Shown in pieces: positions 51,949 to 61,505 of a stretch of 61,505 nucleotides of DNA (position 1 is the stretch's first letter; each line of letters opens with the position of its first letter). The stretch is from Catajapyx aquilonaris. Taxonomy: Eukaryota. Both the position numbers and the translations under genes were made by a program. Location: the NCBI GenBank assembly GCA_000934665.2, contig JYFJ02002180.1, positions 1-61,505 on the forward strand, written 5' to 3'. The notes under the pieces were generated by a model. That model did not search any database. It was not told where the DNA came from and worked only from the letters and a program-made list of their open reading frames with translations.

Positions 51949-52974
51949 GTCATCGAAAGGAGTGTCCCATTTTAAAAACCCCATAACTCGAAAACTTGTA
52001 GACATATCTTAATTATTTCAGTTTTGAAATGCTACGAAATGTCTACGTTTCGGTCTTACAATAGTTTGTTTAGATATGAGCTCCATTTATTGCTCAGAAA
52101 ATTTAAATACGGTAATCGGTGTCGTGCCTAACCCCGTCAGACATATCCGGAGCAAGGGCCAAGGCTTGCTGTAGCGTGCAGTTCTACACAAGTTGTGCAG
52201 TTCTAAAAGTCAAATGTGCAGTTCTGAATACTGATTTGTGCTGTCAGAAAGTAGCAGACAAGTCTGTTATACCAGGATTCAACATACTGTACTTGTACTT
52301 TGACCCTGCTGGAAATATGAAGGGACTTGCATAACACACGGACACTGCGCAGTGTTTTTTGAAAAAAATGTTTTATATCCGAATTACTTACAGTATAGGA
52401 AGATTCCACTGTTACATTCACCTAAGCTTGTGTGACCTTGAATAAAAAAGAATATTTCGCGTCCCGCGGACTGATTTGCACTTTGCTCATTTCCCCTATT
52501 ACATGTTCGACATGACTTTTGTGCCGTTGAAAATATTCCTTAGAATAATCTCTGATCTGGCTCTGGAGTCACCTTTGTGATCCTATCCCGTAGGTGCTGG
52601 AGAAGACGGACCTTTTCCCCATACATGGGTATCTCCACAAAAAAGTCAATCGGGGTAAGATCAGTGGTTCTATGGGTACTAGGCATGGGGAAACGTCTCA
52701 ATTAAGACTTCGCACACTGGGGGGCTGAACAAATGAAACTTTCCTACTGCAGGTTTGTTTCATTGATGAGGCAACGTTTTATGTGCATCATCAAGAACAA
52801 TGTGTATGGTGTAAAGACCCGTCATCTCCAGCACCTACGGGATAGGATCATAACGGTAACTCCAGATATGATTGATCGGGTTTGACTCGAGACCTAATCC
52901 CGTCTTTTTTATTTGGCTAGAATTTTTCGAGTTATAGGGTTTTAAAAATGAGACATTCTTTTTCGATGACCCTG
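51949..52974. mobile_element. Non-autonomous Tc1/mariner (rosa/DD41D-like) fold-back remnant
   Basis: Imperfect ~50 bp inverted termini (51949-52003 versus 52916-52970). Transposase debris on both strands: RTTDLTPIDFF (minus, ~52635-52670) and IKNNVY...LRDRI (plus, ~52790-52850). Confidence 0.65.
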
Positions 52975-53155
52975 TGTATGTCACTAAATTCCCCGATGAT
53001 CTGTGACCTCTAAGGAATTCCGTGTCGCTCTCTTTGTTTCATAGACGACAATAGGATCCCAATAAAGAGCAGCAATTCTGTCCCTCTTGTCTCTTTATTT
53101 CATGACTGACAATCATTCTCAGCCACTGATTACGATTAATATTCACACAGGGCAC

Positions 53156-53215
53156 TTCTTCTGCTCATTTGAGGAGCAGGCCCAGGAAAGCCTGCCTCTT
53201 CCGTTTTTTTCCCGG
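53156..53215 (-). pseudogene. Isolated decayed CYP4 exon
   Basis: Reads KRKRQAFLGLLLK*AEE versus [17 protein letters not shown] in the intact copies. Confidence 0.65.
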
Positions 53216-53691
53216 AGAGAATAAGGAAGATCATTTTCTTCCACTCCCAATTAGTAACATTTTTTATACAAGTGCCAAGTGGGGAAAATAATGTGGGTGT
53301 GCCGGATATGGCCATGTTCCTGATATGGCACCCCGCTGTTGTGATTTGGCTAACAAAAAATCCGCTAGATGGCATCAGCAGCCAGCGCCAATTTTAGAAC
53401 AAATGCATATTGCAATGTTCTTCACTTGTCCTTTTTTGATGAGAATTTCTTGAATTTTTGAGGGGAAGGTCCATCTGATGGACTAAAATATACTTCTCAT
53501 GCCGTACCTTCATTTTGACAGCTATATTAATCCGAGTGACCGCCGACCTCTGACCTCAGCGTCACTTTCATAGTAGGCTGTAACTTCTTCGAGGGAAAAT
53601 AAGATCACAATAAATAGCAGCAATTATGACCCTCACGTTTATTTCAGGACTTACAATCAATTCTTTTAAGTGTGTAAACCACTAATTACCA

Positions 53692-56222
53692 TTAATGTCC
53701 AGATGTGGAATTAGTGGTCTTGTTGATGTAGGCCCATGGGGGCTTAGTATTAATGTCTCCAAAGGCAATGCGCCCGGCTGTGATCAGGTATATCATCTGG
53801 GTAATCAGGCACATGATCTTGATCACAAAACCGACGCTTATCTGCAAGTGAGGATGATATACAGTAGAAGGTATGGTCATTAGATGGCGCGCGTGTAAAT
53901 TGGCGCCATTGTACACTTACGCCATCAATGGGGGGAAATTGTACTACGAATCCAGCTGGAGTACCCTTGCTACTATTAAGGCCCATTCACACAGGCCGTC
54001 GACGGTTTTGGTTTTTGGTCTCGTCGACGCCGCGGACCAATCAGAACGGGCCCTCACGTAAACAACGCGTCATGGTTACCGTGAGGGCCAGCTCTGATTG
54101 GTCCAAAACCAAAACCAAAACCGTCGACGGCCTGTGTGAATGGGCCTTTAGACTCACCATGTCCATGGGGTCCAGTTGAGCCATGTCGTAAACCATGGCG
54201 TTTGGAGCGGTGGCAGAGGGCAGCATGAAGGAGTAGGAGGCGGACAGGGTGACGGCCAGACACAGGTACGTCGGGTATATCTCGATACCTTTGACCAGCT
54301 CGACAACCACTGGCAGCAGTATGTTGGTGGTGGCCAGATTGGAGCACATCTCACTGACCACTGCCGAGGTCAGGGAGGTGAAGAAGACCAGCACCATTGG
54401 GGGCATGCCTGCCCCCCATTCGGTCACTCTGGCGCTTATCTTCGTACCCAGGCCTGAGGACACCAGGCCGGAGGACATGGCCATCCCTCCGCCCAACAGC
54501 AGCAGCACTCCCCATGGCATCTTCTGCTGGACCACTTTCCAGCTCACCAGGGGCTCCCTGGGCCACAGTCGGGCCCAATCGCCCTTGAACAGGGCAGGCA
54601 GGAAGGTCAGGTCGGCAGGCAGGGTGAAGAGGATCAGGGCGGCCATCACGGCCACCATCCCATCCGATGCATACCTGTATAGAGAGATGACTCGCATTAT
54701 GGTGGAACACTGAACATATGCAGTGACGACATGTGTGCCTCTAAACTTACGTAACTTCCATCGTGTCCATCCAGCCGTCCATGAAGAGCGGCTTCCGGAA
54801 GAACCACAGGAAGACCAACAACATGAACGCCAGTAAGGTGGAAATCTCCTTGAACTTCATCGGACCCAGAAGAGACATCTCTTTGTCCACGAATGCCTTC
54901 AACCCGGCAGCTTTCTCCTCTGTTGCTTCCATACCCACGTTCCTTGGTACAAAGAAGAGGTCATTACAGTTGCTTTATCCCTCATTGTTCTGCCAATAAA
55001 TGAAACGAATGGGACTCACCGTCGCGCTCGCATGAGAAGGAAGGATATCCAACCCCAGGTGAGGGCAGTCTGGATGATGGCCAGGGGAGCTGATATTAAC
55101 ATGAACGTGGCGTATGACGGCACATTTTCTTTTCCGTATGTACTGTGTGGACAGAAATATGCTATTTGTACCTCATTATGAAAAGGTGTGAGAATAAACC
55201 CAACTACCCAAGTACATACTGCTCCATTTTGTCGTAGAAGACCAGGTTGGGTGGTGTCCCGGTGATCGTCCCGCTTCCTCCAAGGGTGGCCGAATAGCAG
55301 ACTCCAATGAAGTAGAGGACCCTCATCCGATGGGTGGTCTTCTTCTGCAGATTGATGTCGGGCATGGAAGTCTTGAGTGAAACTGGCAGCAGGCCCATGG
55401 ACGAGACATGGCTTAGGGCCCTTCCTCTCTTCATGTTGCTGACTCTTCCCCACAGCAGCCTGGACGTCATCAGGAAGCAGCTGTCCATACAAGAAAATGA
55501 TATTAGTCATGACTCATGAAGTACGACGTATTGTGGATGAGGTCGCGTCACCTGGCCTTGCAGCCTTGGTCCTCCGGGTCCTGAACAGTGTCGTCTGCTT
55601 GATCGACAATCTCTACTTTTGGTGACACAGGCGTGTTTCTGGCAATATCTTCGGTGGCCTCCTCTGCTATGGACAGCTGTTGCACTACCTCGCTAACAAT
55701 GGGCAGCATCATGGCCACGCAGGCCGTGTTGGAGATGAACATAGAGAGGAACATTGTCACGCACATCATTCCGAAGAGGATCCCTGGAGGGCTGGTCCCA
55801 CACCATCGGAGGACTGTGAGGGCCAGGCGTTTGTGAAGATTGCAGGCCTCCACCGCGATAGCCACCATAAGGCCTCCCAGGAACAGGATAATGATACCCT
55901 TCATGTAGTTGGCTCCCACAACATCCGTTTCCGAAATCCCCAGAAGCGGGTACAGGAACAGTGGCAACATCGAAGTGGCCGCCAGTGGTAAGGCCTCGGA
56001 TATCCAGTAGCATGCCATCAGAAGGACCACGAAGGCACATCTGGACGGCTTCATATCTTCACCGGTTTGTAGCAGTAAAGGGCATAGCGCCAGTGGAGCA
56101 CCAACCAGGACCCATGAGCGCCAGAATGGAATCAAGCGGCCCCATGGCGATATATGTATGCTACTGGGAGACACGGACCTCTGCAGGTCTTTGGGTCGTT
56201 CTTCGGGTCCCACGCTTGCCAT
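53692..56222 (-). CDS. SLC13/DASS carboxylate or sulfate transporter (INDY-like) copy 1, ~637 aa
   Basis: Exons 56222-55552, 55480-55220, 55142-55020, 54942-54751, 54674-54158, 53841-53692. Motifs WISEALPLAATS, SMFISNTA, GGSGTITGTPPN, PWGVLLLLGGG and MLPSATAPNA. Confidence 0.92.
53979..54147. mobile_element. PIF/Harbinger (Tourist-like) MITE, 169 bp, in the last intron of SLC13 copy 1
   Basis: Perfect ~37 bp TIR AGGCCCATTCACACAGGCCGTCGACGGTTTTGGTTTT with TTA duplications at 53976-53978 and 54148-54150. Absent from the paralogous intron near 57960. Confidence 0.9.
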
Positions 56223-56752
56223 TCTTCCGCCCAATGCGACTGGAACTTTATCGAGAAACAAGTCTTGTTGCCAAGAGACGCTGGACAACAATCACAGAGT
56301 TAGTAGTTTGGTAAAATGGCAACCTTGATGCTAACAATTAAAATGAATTTTTTGGGGGATAGAAGGGCAATAAAGGGGTAACGGTCACCATACCGTTCCT
56401 GAACACATTACCTTGGTTCCTACTTACTCAGACCAAAGTCATTGCTTATGCATGAAAAGTATCAGTGCAGTCTTCTCATTGAATACTGCTCTACTGTCAA
56501 ACATTGAAGAATCCAGATATGACTCTTCACCAGCAAAAGTCAATGCACTAGTTCAACCACTGATTAAATGTGTTGCTACATTACATACATTACATTACAT
56601 ACAGAACCGTCTAGTACCAAGAAAGCAACTAAGACGTATACACTTGTACACAATGTGTATCACAGGTACTGGTATCTGTCATCAGCAGGTAGCCCACCGA
56701 TTGTAAAAAAAAAAACACACATTGAGCTCACCTTCGTCTCATGTGAACAATG

Positions 56753-56755
<3 letters not shown>

Positions 56756-56796
<41 letters not shown>

Positions 56797-57113
56797 TGTT
56801 TGGGTAATGCTTTCACCCTATCAGGGTTTATCACATGGACCTTTATTTGTTGTATACATTGGAGCCTTTATACGTATCGCCCGGGCCCACGGGCAGGATG
56901 ACAGGAGGGGATGTGCAAGTGCAGTGCATCTGACGTGTGGCCATTTTTAGTGAGCTCCCCCGGGTGGTTTAGTCTGTAGGAAATACCACCCGAGACGAAG
57001 CCAGAGGTGACCGACCTCTGCACGAGATGAAGGGGGTGTCCCCGGGCTGGGATCGAACCCGGGACCTTAACATCCGTGGGCGCGCGCGTTACCGCGGCGC
57101 CACTCCGTCTCCC
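56756..57113 (-). mobile_element. tRNA-derived SINE with (ATT)n tail
   Basis: Minus-strand head with A-box-like TGGCGCCGCGG and B-box GGTTCGATCCC. (AAT)n at 56752-56796. 18-bp target-site duplication CTCATGTGAACAATGATA at 56738-56755 and 57114-57131. Confidence 0.88.
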
Positions 57114-57246
57114 CTCATGTGAACAATGATACAACATGTATACATCCTACGCATATTCTAGAGCAGTAAAATAATTATTGCATTCTGGTTTGTCCATGTA
57201 GCTAAAATACAGCCTGCTATCAACGACATGTAAGGCAATTTACTGA

Positions 57247-57480
57247 TGGCGAGGTTCTTATCCGGATTCCAAGCCCATATTTTGGACGCGTAACGATGTC
57301 CGTAACAATTGTCGCGACGAATGGCGACCTTCTGGCCTGCATTAGTAATTTGTTATAAGCATGTAAATGCACAACCTGTGACTATATACTGTACAATTCA
57401 CGGCTGATAAAATGCAAAAGACATTACGTATACAGTTTCTGAGACCAGCACTGAAAGGGACGTACGGTACGCAAACGGGC
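57247..57480 (-). pseudogene. Decayed CYP4 3' end (last two exons with intron)
   Basis: Matches copies c/d: [15 protein letters not shown], then QKVA...DIVTRPKYGLGIRIR, with internal indels. Confidence 0.7.
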
Positions 57481-57701
57481 GAATTTCATGCATTTACCTC
57501 TTATACCGTAGGCCTACCATCATTTTGATAGCAATATTAATTCGAGTGACCTCTGACCTCTGACCTCAGCGTCACTGTCTTAGTAGGCTGTGACTTCTTC
57601 GAGGGAAAATAAGATCACAATAAAAACAAGCAATTCTGACCCTCACATCTCGTTTATTTCAGGACGTACAATCCATTTAAACCACTGATTACCATTAATG
57701 T

Positions 57702-60017
57702 TCAGATGCAGCTGGTCTGGTTGATGTAGGCCCAATCGGGCTTCTTACCAATGTCTCCAAAGGCAATGTGCCCGGCCGTGTTCAGGTATATCATCTGGGT
57801 AATCAGGCACATGATCTTGATCACAATACCGACGCTTATCTGCAAGTGAGGATGATATAGAAGGTATGGTCATTAGATGGCGCGTGAGTAAATTGGCGCC
57901 ACTGTCCGCTTACGCCCTCAACGGGGGGAAATTGTACTACAAATCCAGCTGGAGTATCCTTGCAAGACTCACCATATCCATGGGTTGCAGTTGAGCCATG
58001 TCGTAAACCATGGCGTTTGGAGGGGTGGCAGAAGGTAGCATGAAGGCGTAGGAGGAGGACAGGGTGAGGGCCAGACACACGTACATCGGGTGCATCTTGA
58101 TGCATCTGACCAGCCCGATAGCCACTGGCAGCAGCATGTTGGTGGTGGCCAGATTGGAGCACATCTCACTGACCACTGCCGAGGTCAGGGAGGCGCAGAA
58201 GACCAGCAGCATTGGGGGCATGTCTGCCCCCCACTCGGTCACGCTTTTGCTTATCTTATCGTCCAGTTTGGAGGACTTCAGGCCGGAGGTCATGGCCATC
58301 CCTCCGCCCATCAGTAGCAGCACTCCCCATGGCATCTTCTGCTGGACCACTTTCCAGCTCAGCAGGGGCTCCCGGGGCCACAGTCGGGCCCAATCGCCCT
58401 TGAACAGGGCGGGCAGGAAGGTCAGGTCGGCAGGTAGCGTGAAGAGGATCAGAGCGGCCATCACGGCCACCATCCCATCCGATGCATATCTGTAGAGAGA
58501 TGACACGCATTATAGTTGAACACTGAACATATGCAGGGCGTGACGACATGTGTGCCTCTAAATACTTACTCAATTTTCAGCCTTTCCATCCAGCCCATCA
58601 TTATGGCTGGCGGCGGCTCCCGGAAGAACCACAGGGAAACCAACATCATGAACACCAGTAAGGTTGAAATCTCCTTGAACTTCATCGGACCCAGATTAGA
58701 CAGTTCCTTGTTCACGTATGCCTTCAACCCAGCAGCTTTCTCCTCTGTAACCTCCATACCCGCTTTCCTTGATACAAAGAAGAGGTCACCACAGTTGCTT
58801 CATCCCTCACTGTTGTGCCCATAAATGAAACGAATGAGACTCACCGTCGTGCTCGTATGAGAAGGAATGATACCCAACCCCAGGCGAGTGAGACCTGGAT
58901 GATGGCCAGGGGACATGATACGAACATGAACTTGGCGTATGACATCGCATGCTCTTTTCCGTATGTACTGTGTAGACAGAGATATTGCCATTATGAAAAA
59001 TTGTAAGTATAATCCCAAGGTACATACTCCTCCATTTTGCCGTAGAAGATCAGGTTGGGTGCTGTCCCGGTGATCGTCCCGCTTCCTCCAAGGGACGCCG
59101 AATAGCAGACTCCAATGAAGTAGAGGACCCTCATCCGATGGGTGGTCTTCTTCTGCAGATTGATGTCGGGCATGGAGGTCTTGAGTGTAACCGGGAGCAG
59201 TCCCATGGACGAGACATAGCTTAGGGCCCTTCCTCTCTTCATGTTGCTGACCCTTCCCCACAGTATCCTGGACATGGTCAGGAAGCACCTGCCCATACAA
59301 GAAAATTATGTAAGTCATGAAGTACGACGTAATGTGGATGAAGTATCACCAGGTCTTGCAGCCTTGGTCCTCCGGGTCCTGAACAGTGTCGTCTGCCTGA
59401 TCGACAATCACTACGTTTGATAACACCGGCGTTCTGACAATATCTTCTGTGGCCTCCTCTGCTGTCGCCAGCTGTTCCACTACCGCACCGACAATGGGCA
59501 GCATCATGGCCACGCAGGCCGTGTTGGAGATGAACATCGAGAGGAACATGGTCACGCACATCATTCCGAAGAGGATCCCAGGAGGGCTGGTCCCGCACCA
59601 TCGGAGGACTGTGAGGGCCAGGCGTTTGTGAAGATTGCAGGCCTCCACCGCGATAGCCACCATAAGGCCTCCCAGGAACAGGACAATGATATTCTTCATG
59701 TAGTTGGCTCCCACAACATCCGTTTCCGAAATCCCCAGAAGCGGGTACAGGAACAGTGGCAACATCGAAGTGGCCGCCAGTGGTAAGGCCTCGGATATCC
59801 AGTAGGTGGCCATCAGAAGGACCACGAAGGCACATCTGGACGGCATCACATCTTCACCTGTTTGTAGCAGTAAAGGGCATAGCGCCAGTGGAGCACCAAC
59901 CAGGACCCATGAGCGCCAGAATAGAATCAAGCGGCCCCATGGCGATGTATGAAGGCTATTGTGAGACACGGACCTCTGCAGGTCTTTGGGTTGTTCTGCG
60001 GGTCCCACGCTCGCCAT
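57702..60017 (-). CDS. SLC13/DASS transporter (INDY-like) copy 2
   Basis: Exons 60017-59350, 59288-59028, 58967-58845, 58767-58570, 58489-57973, 57839-57702. Open, and a close tandem paralog of copy 1. Confidence 0.92.
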
Positions 60018-60348
60018 TCTTCCTCCCAGTTTACGACTGGAACTTCATCGAGAAACAAGTCTTGTTGCCAAGAGACGCTGGACAACAATCACAGAGTTAG
60101 TAGTTTGCTAAAATGGCAACCTTCATGCTAACAATTACACACATTTTAATCTTCTAAATAAATGATGTTTTTTGCGAGCGCAACCCTGTGCACACCCACG
60201 GTCGCTCAAGTCCACAACGTTGTCACTAAGGTACCCTGTTCCAGAATCTTGGCTACATCGCAAAATTCGGCCATATTGTTACCCCCTCAAGATTAAAAGT
60301 GTTGGAAACAATTTGCTCGAACTTTGTTGCGCTAATTACAAAACTCAT

Positions 60349-60500
60349 CTAGCATTTTTTCACTACCTCGCAAATGAAACATGTCAGTGCCAAGCCCGCA
60401 CCATACAACAGAAGCTGAAACGGAGCCTCGACCTGACCCATCTTCAAACTTTTAGGGTCATCATTGTAGGGACGATAGTCCCTATAAGTAAGATCCTCGT
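60349..60500 (-). pseudogene. C-terminal remnant of an ionotropic receptor
   Basis: PKSLKMGQVEAPFQLLLYGAGLALTCFICE resembles the IR terminal TM pattern, as in FSLRRLWGHFFILSIGLCLAVVVFIKE of the IR at 6931. No upstream IR frame is visible. Confidence 0.45.
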
Positions 60501-61129
60501 GCAAAAACAACAATGAAAATTTTCCTTGTTCTTGTTGTTGTTGTTGTTGTTGGGAGGACGTTTTTCTGTCAAGCATATCTCAAAAACCGTTGCAAGTACA
60601 GCCTTCATATTTTGAACACGTATCCGGCCCGACGTGCTGCAGTGCCCGATCCCCTACACAAAAAACCCAAGGACGTAATAGAACCCCGAAATAAAATTAT
60701 AAGTGAATAATTCATTATGAGCAGCAATGCGTGCAACTGGAATCCATGTGTGACAACAGTCACACATTATTTAGAATATTATTTTGTGTAAATATAATCT
60801 CTACACTTTATGCGGAATTACGTACGCTAACTGCTTAAATAAATATATGCTTCACCTTATTTTCATTACATTATTATTAAATTATCACAAAAACTAATTC
60901 CCTACGGAATTGTAAAAAAGGAAAGTAAGATCCAAGTAACGGATAGAAATGACTGAAACAAGACTGGGCTGCGTAAGATCTTCAACATTATGGATAAATG
61001 TAACCCAAAGATCTTACTTCCGCATTTTACACAATAATTAGATTTGTAGCATGGTGATGATCAAAGCGCCTTTGTCCATCAGCCATCCTAATGCTAATAA
61101 GCCAATCTGTGGACCATTAAACATTCAAG

Positions 61130-61410
61130 CTACTCAGTAAATCGATGAACAAATTAATTAATTCAAGGATTATATTTATCCTTTATCCTTATTAAATATA
61201 TTATATTATATTATATATTACATAATTATACTATATATTATATAATATATTATATTATATATTATATTATATGTGAATTATTATAATGTGAAACATTTAA
61301 TCTTCCAGCCACTCAGCTAATCGATGAACCAATTAATAACAATGTTTTATTTTTATCGTTTATTCTTATTATCATATTATTATAATATTATTATTATATT
61401 ATATTATTAT
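61130..61410. repeat. AT-rich low-complexity tract with a ~30 bp direct repeat
   Basis: TTATA/TATTA runs; ACTCAG..AATCGATGAAC.AATTAAT occurs at ~61132 and ~61311. Confidence 0.6.
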
Positions 61411-61505
61411 CCCCCTCAAAAACGCACTCGTAAAAAACGCGCCAAGTCGTCTGCCGAAAAAACCTGTGAGATAGTGCCTGGGAGCCATGCCTTGTCCACT
61501 CCGCC

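Noticed and set aside
53878..53912. TAGATGGCGC CTCF-like cores (also ~57873, 27770, 33620)
   Set aside because: Only the 3' half of the consensus matches, and the repeats are explained by paralogy.
56750..56950. Poly-Ile ORF resembling a signal peptide
   Set aside because: Antisense translation of the SINE (AAT)n tail.
57040..57113. Possible tRNA gene
   Set aside because: It has A/B boxes but continues into a SINE body with a simple-repeat tail and TSD.
54041..60131. Many overlapping alternative-frame and antisense ORFs over the SLC13 genes
   Set aside because: By-products of GC-rich coding sequence.

Overview
Eukaryotic, intron-rich arthropod DNA, most likely from a hexapod because OBP-type genes co-occur with GRs and IRs; the taxon cannot be fixed from the sequence. 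Gene models were rebuilt by hand from GT/GC-AG splice sites because the ORF track shows only exon fragments. In order, the window holds: a degenerate LTR-element end; a minus-strand array of five gustatory receptor (GR) genes (four intact, one 5'-deleted) with an intronless divergent ionotropic receptor (IR) and a Helitron fragment nested inside; a small Tyr/Arg-rich secreted-peptide gene; a ~3 kb convergent pair of 8-Cys odorant-binding-protein-like (OBP-like) genes triplicated in tandem, with both genes of the third unit disabled; three paralogous zinc-finger genes built from repeated phase-0 exon modules; five intact CYP4-type P450 genes plus P450 debris; an orphan gene; two more OBP-like genes of the same family; a Tc1/mariner fold-back remnant; two tandem SLC13 (INDY-like) transporters with a MITE and a tRNA-derived SINE; and an IR C-terminal remnant. 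The most notable signals are the six-exon 8-Cys OBP-like family (8 members, largely invisible in the ORF track) and the co-location of receptor, carrier and P450 families in 60 kb.
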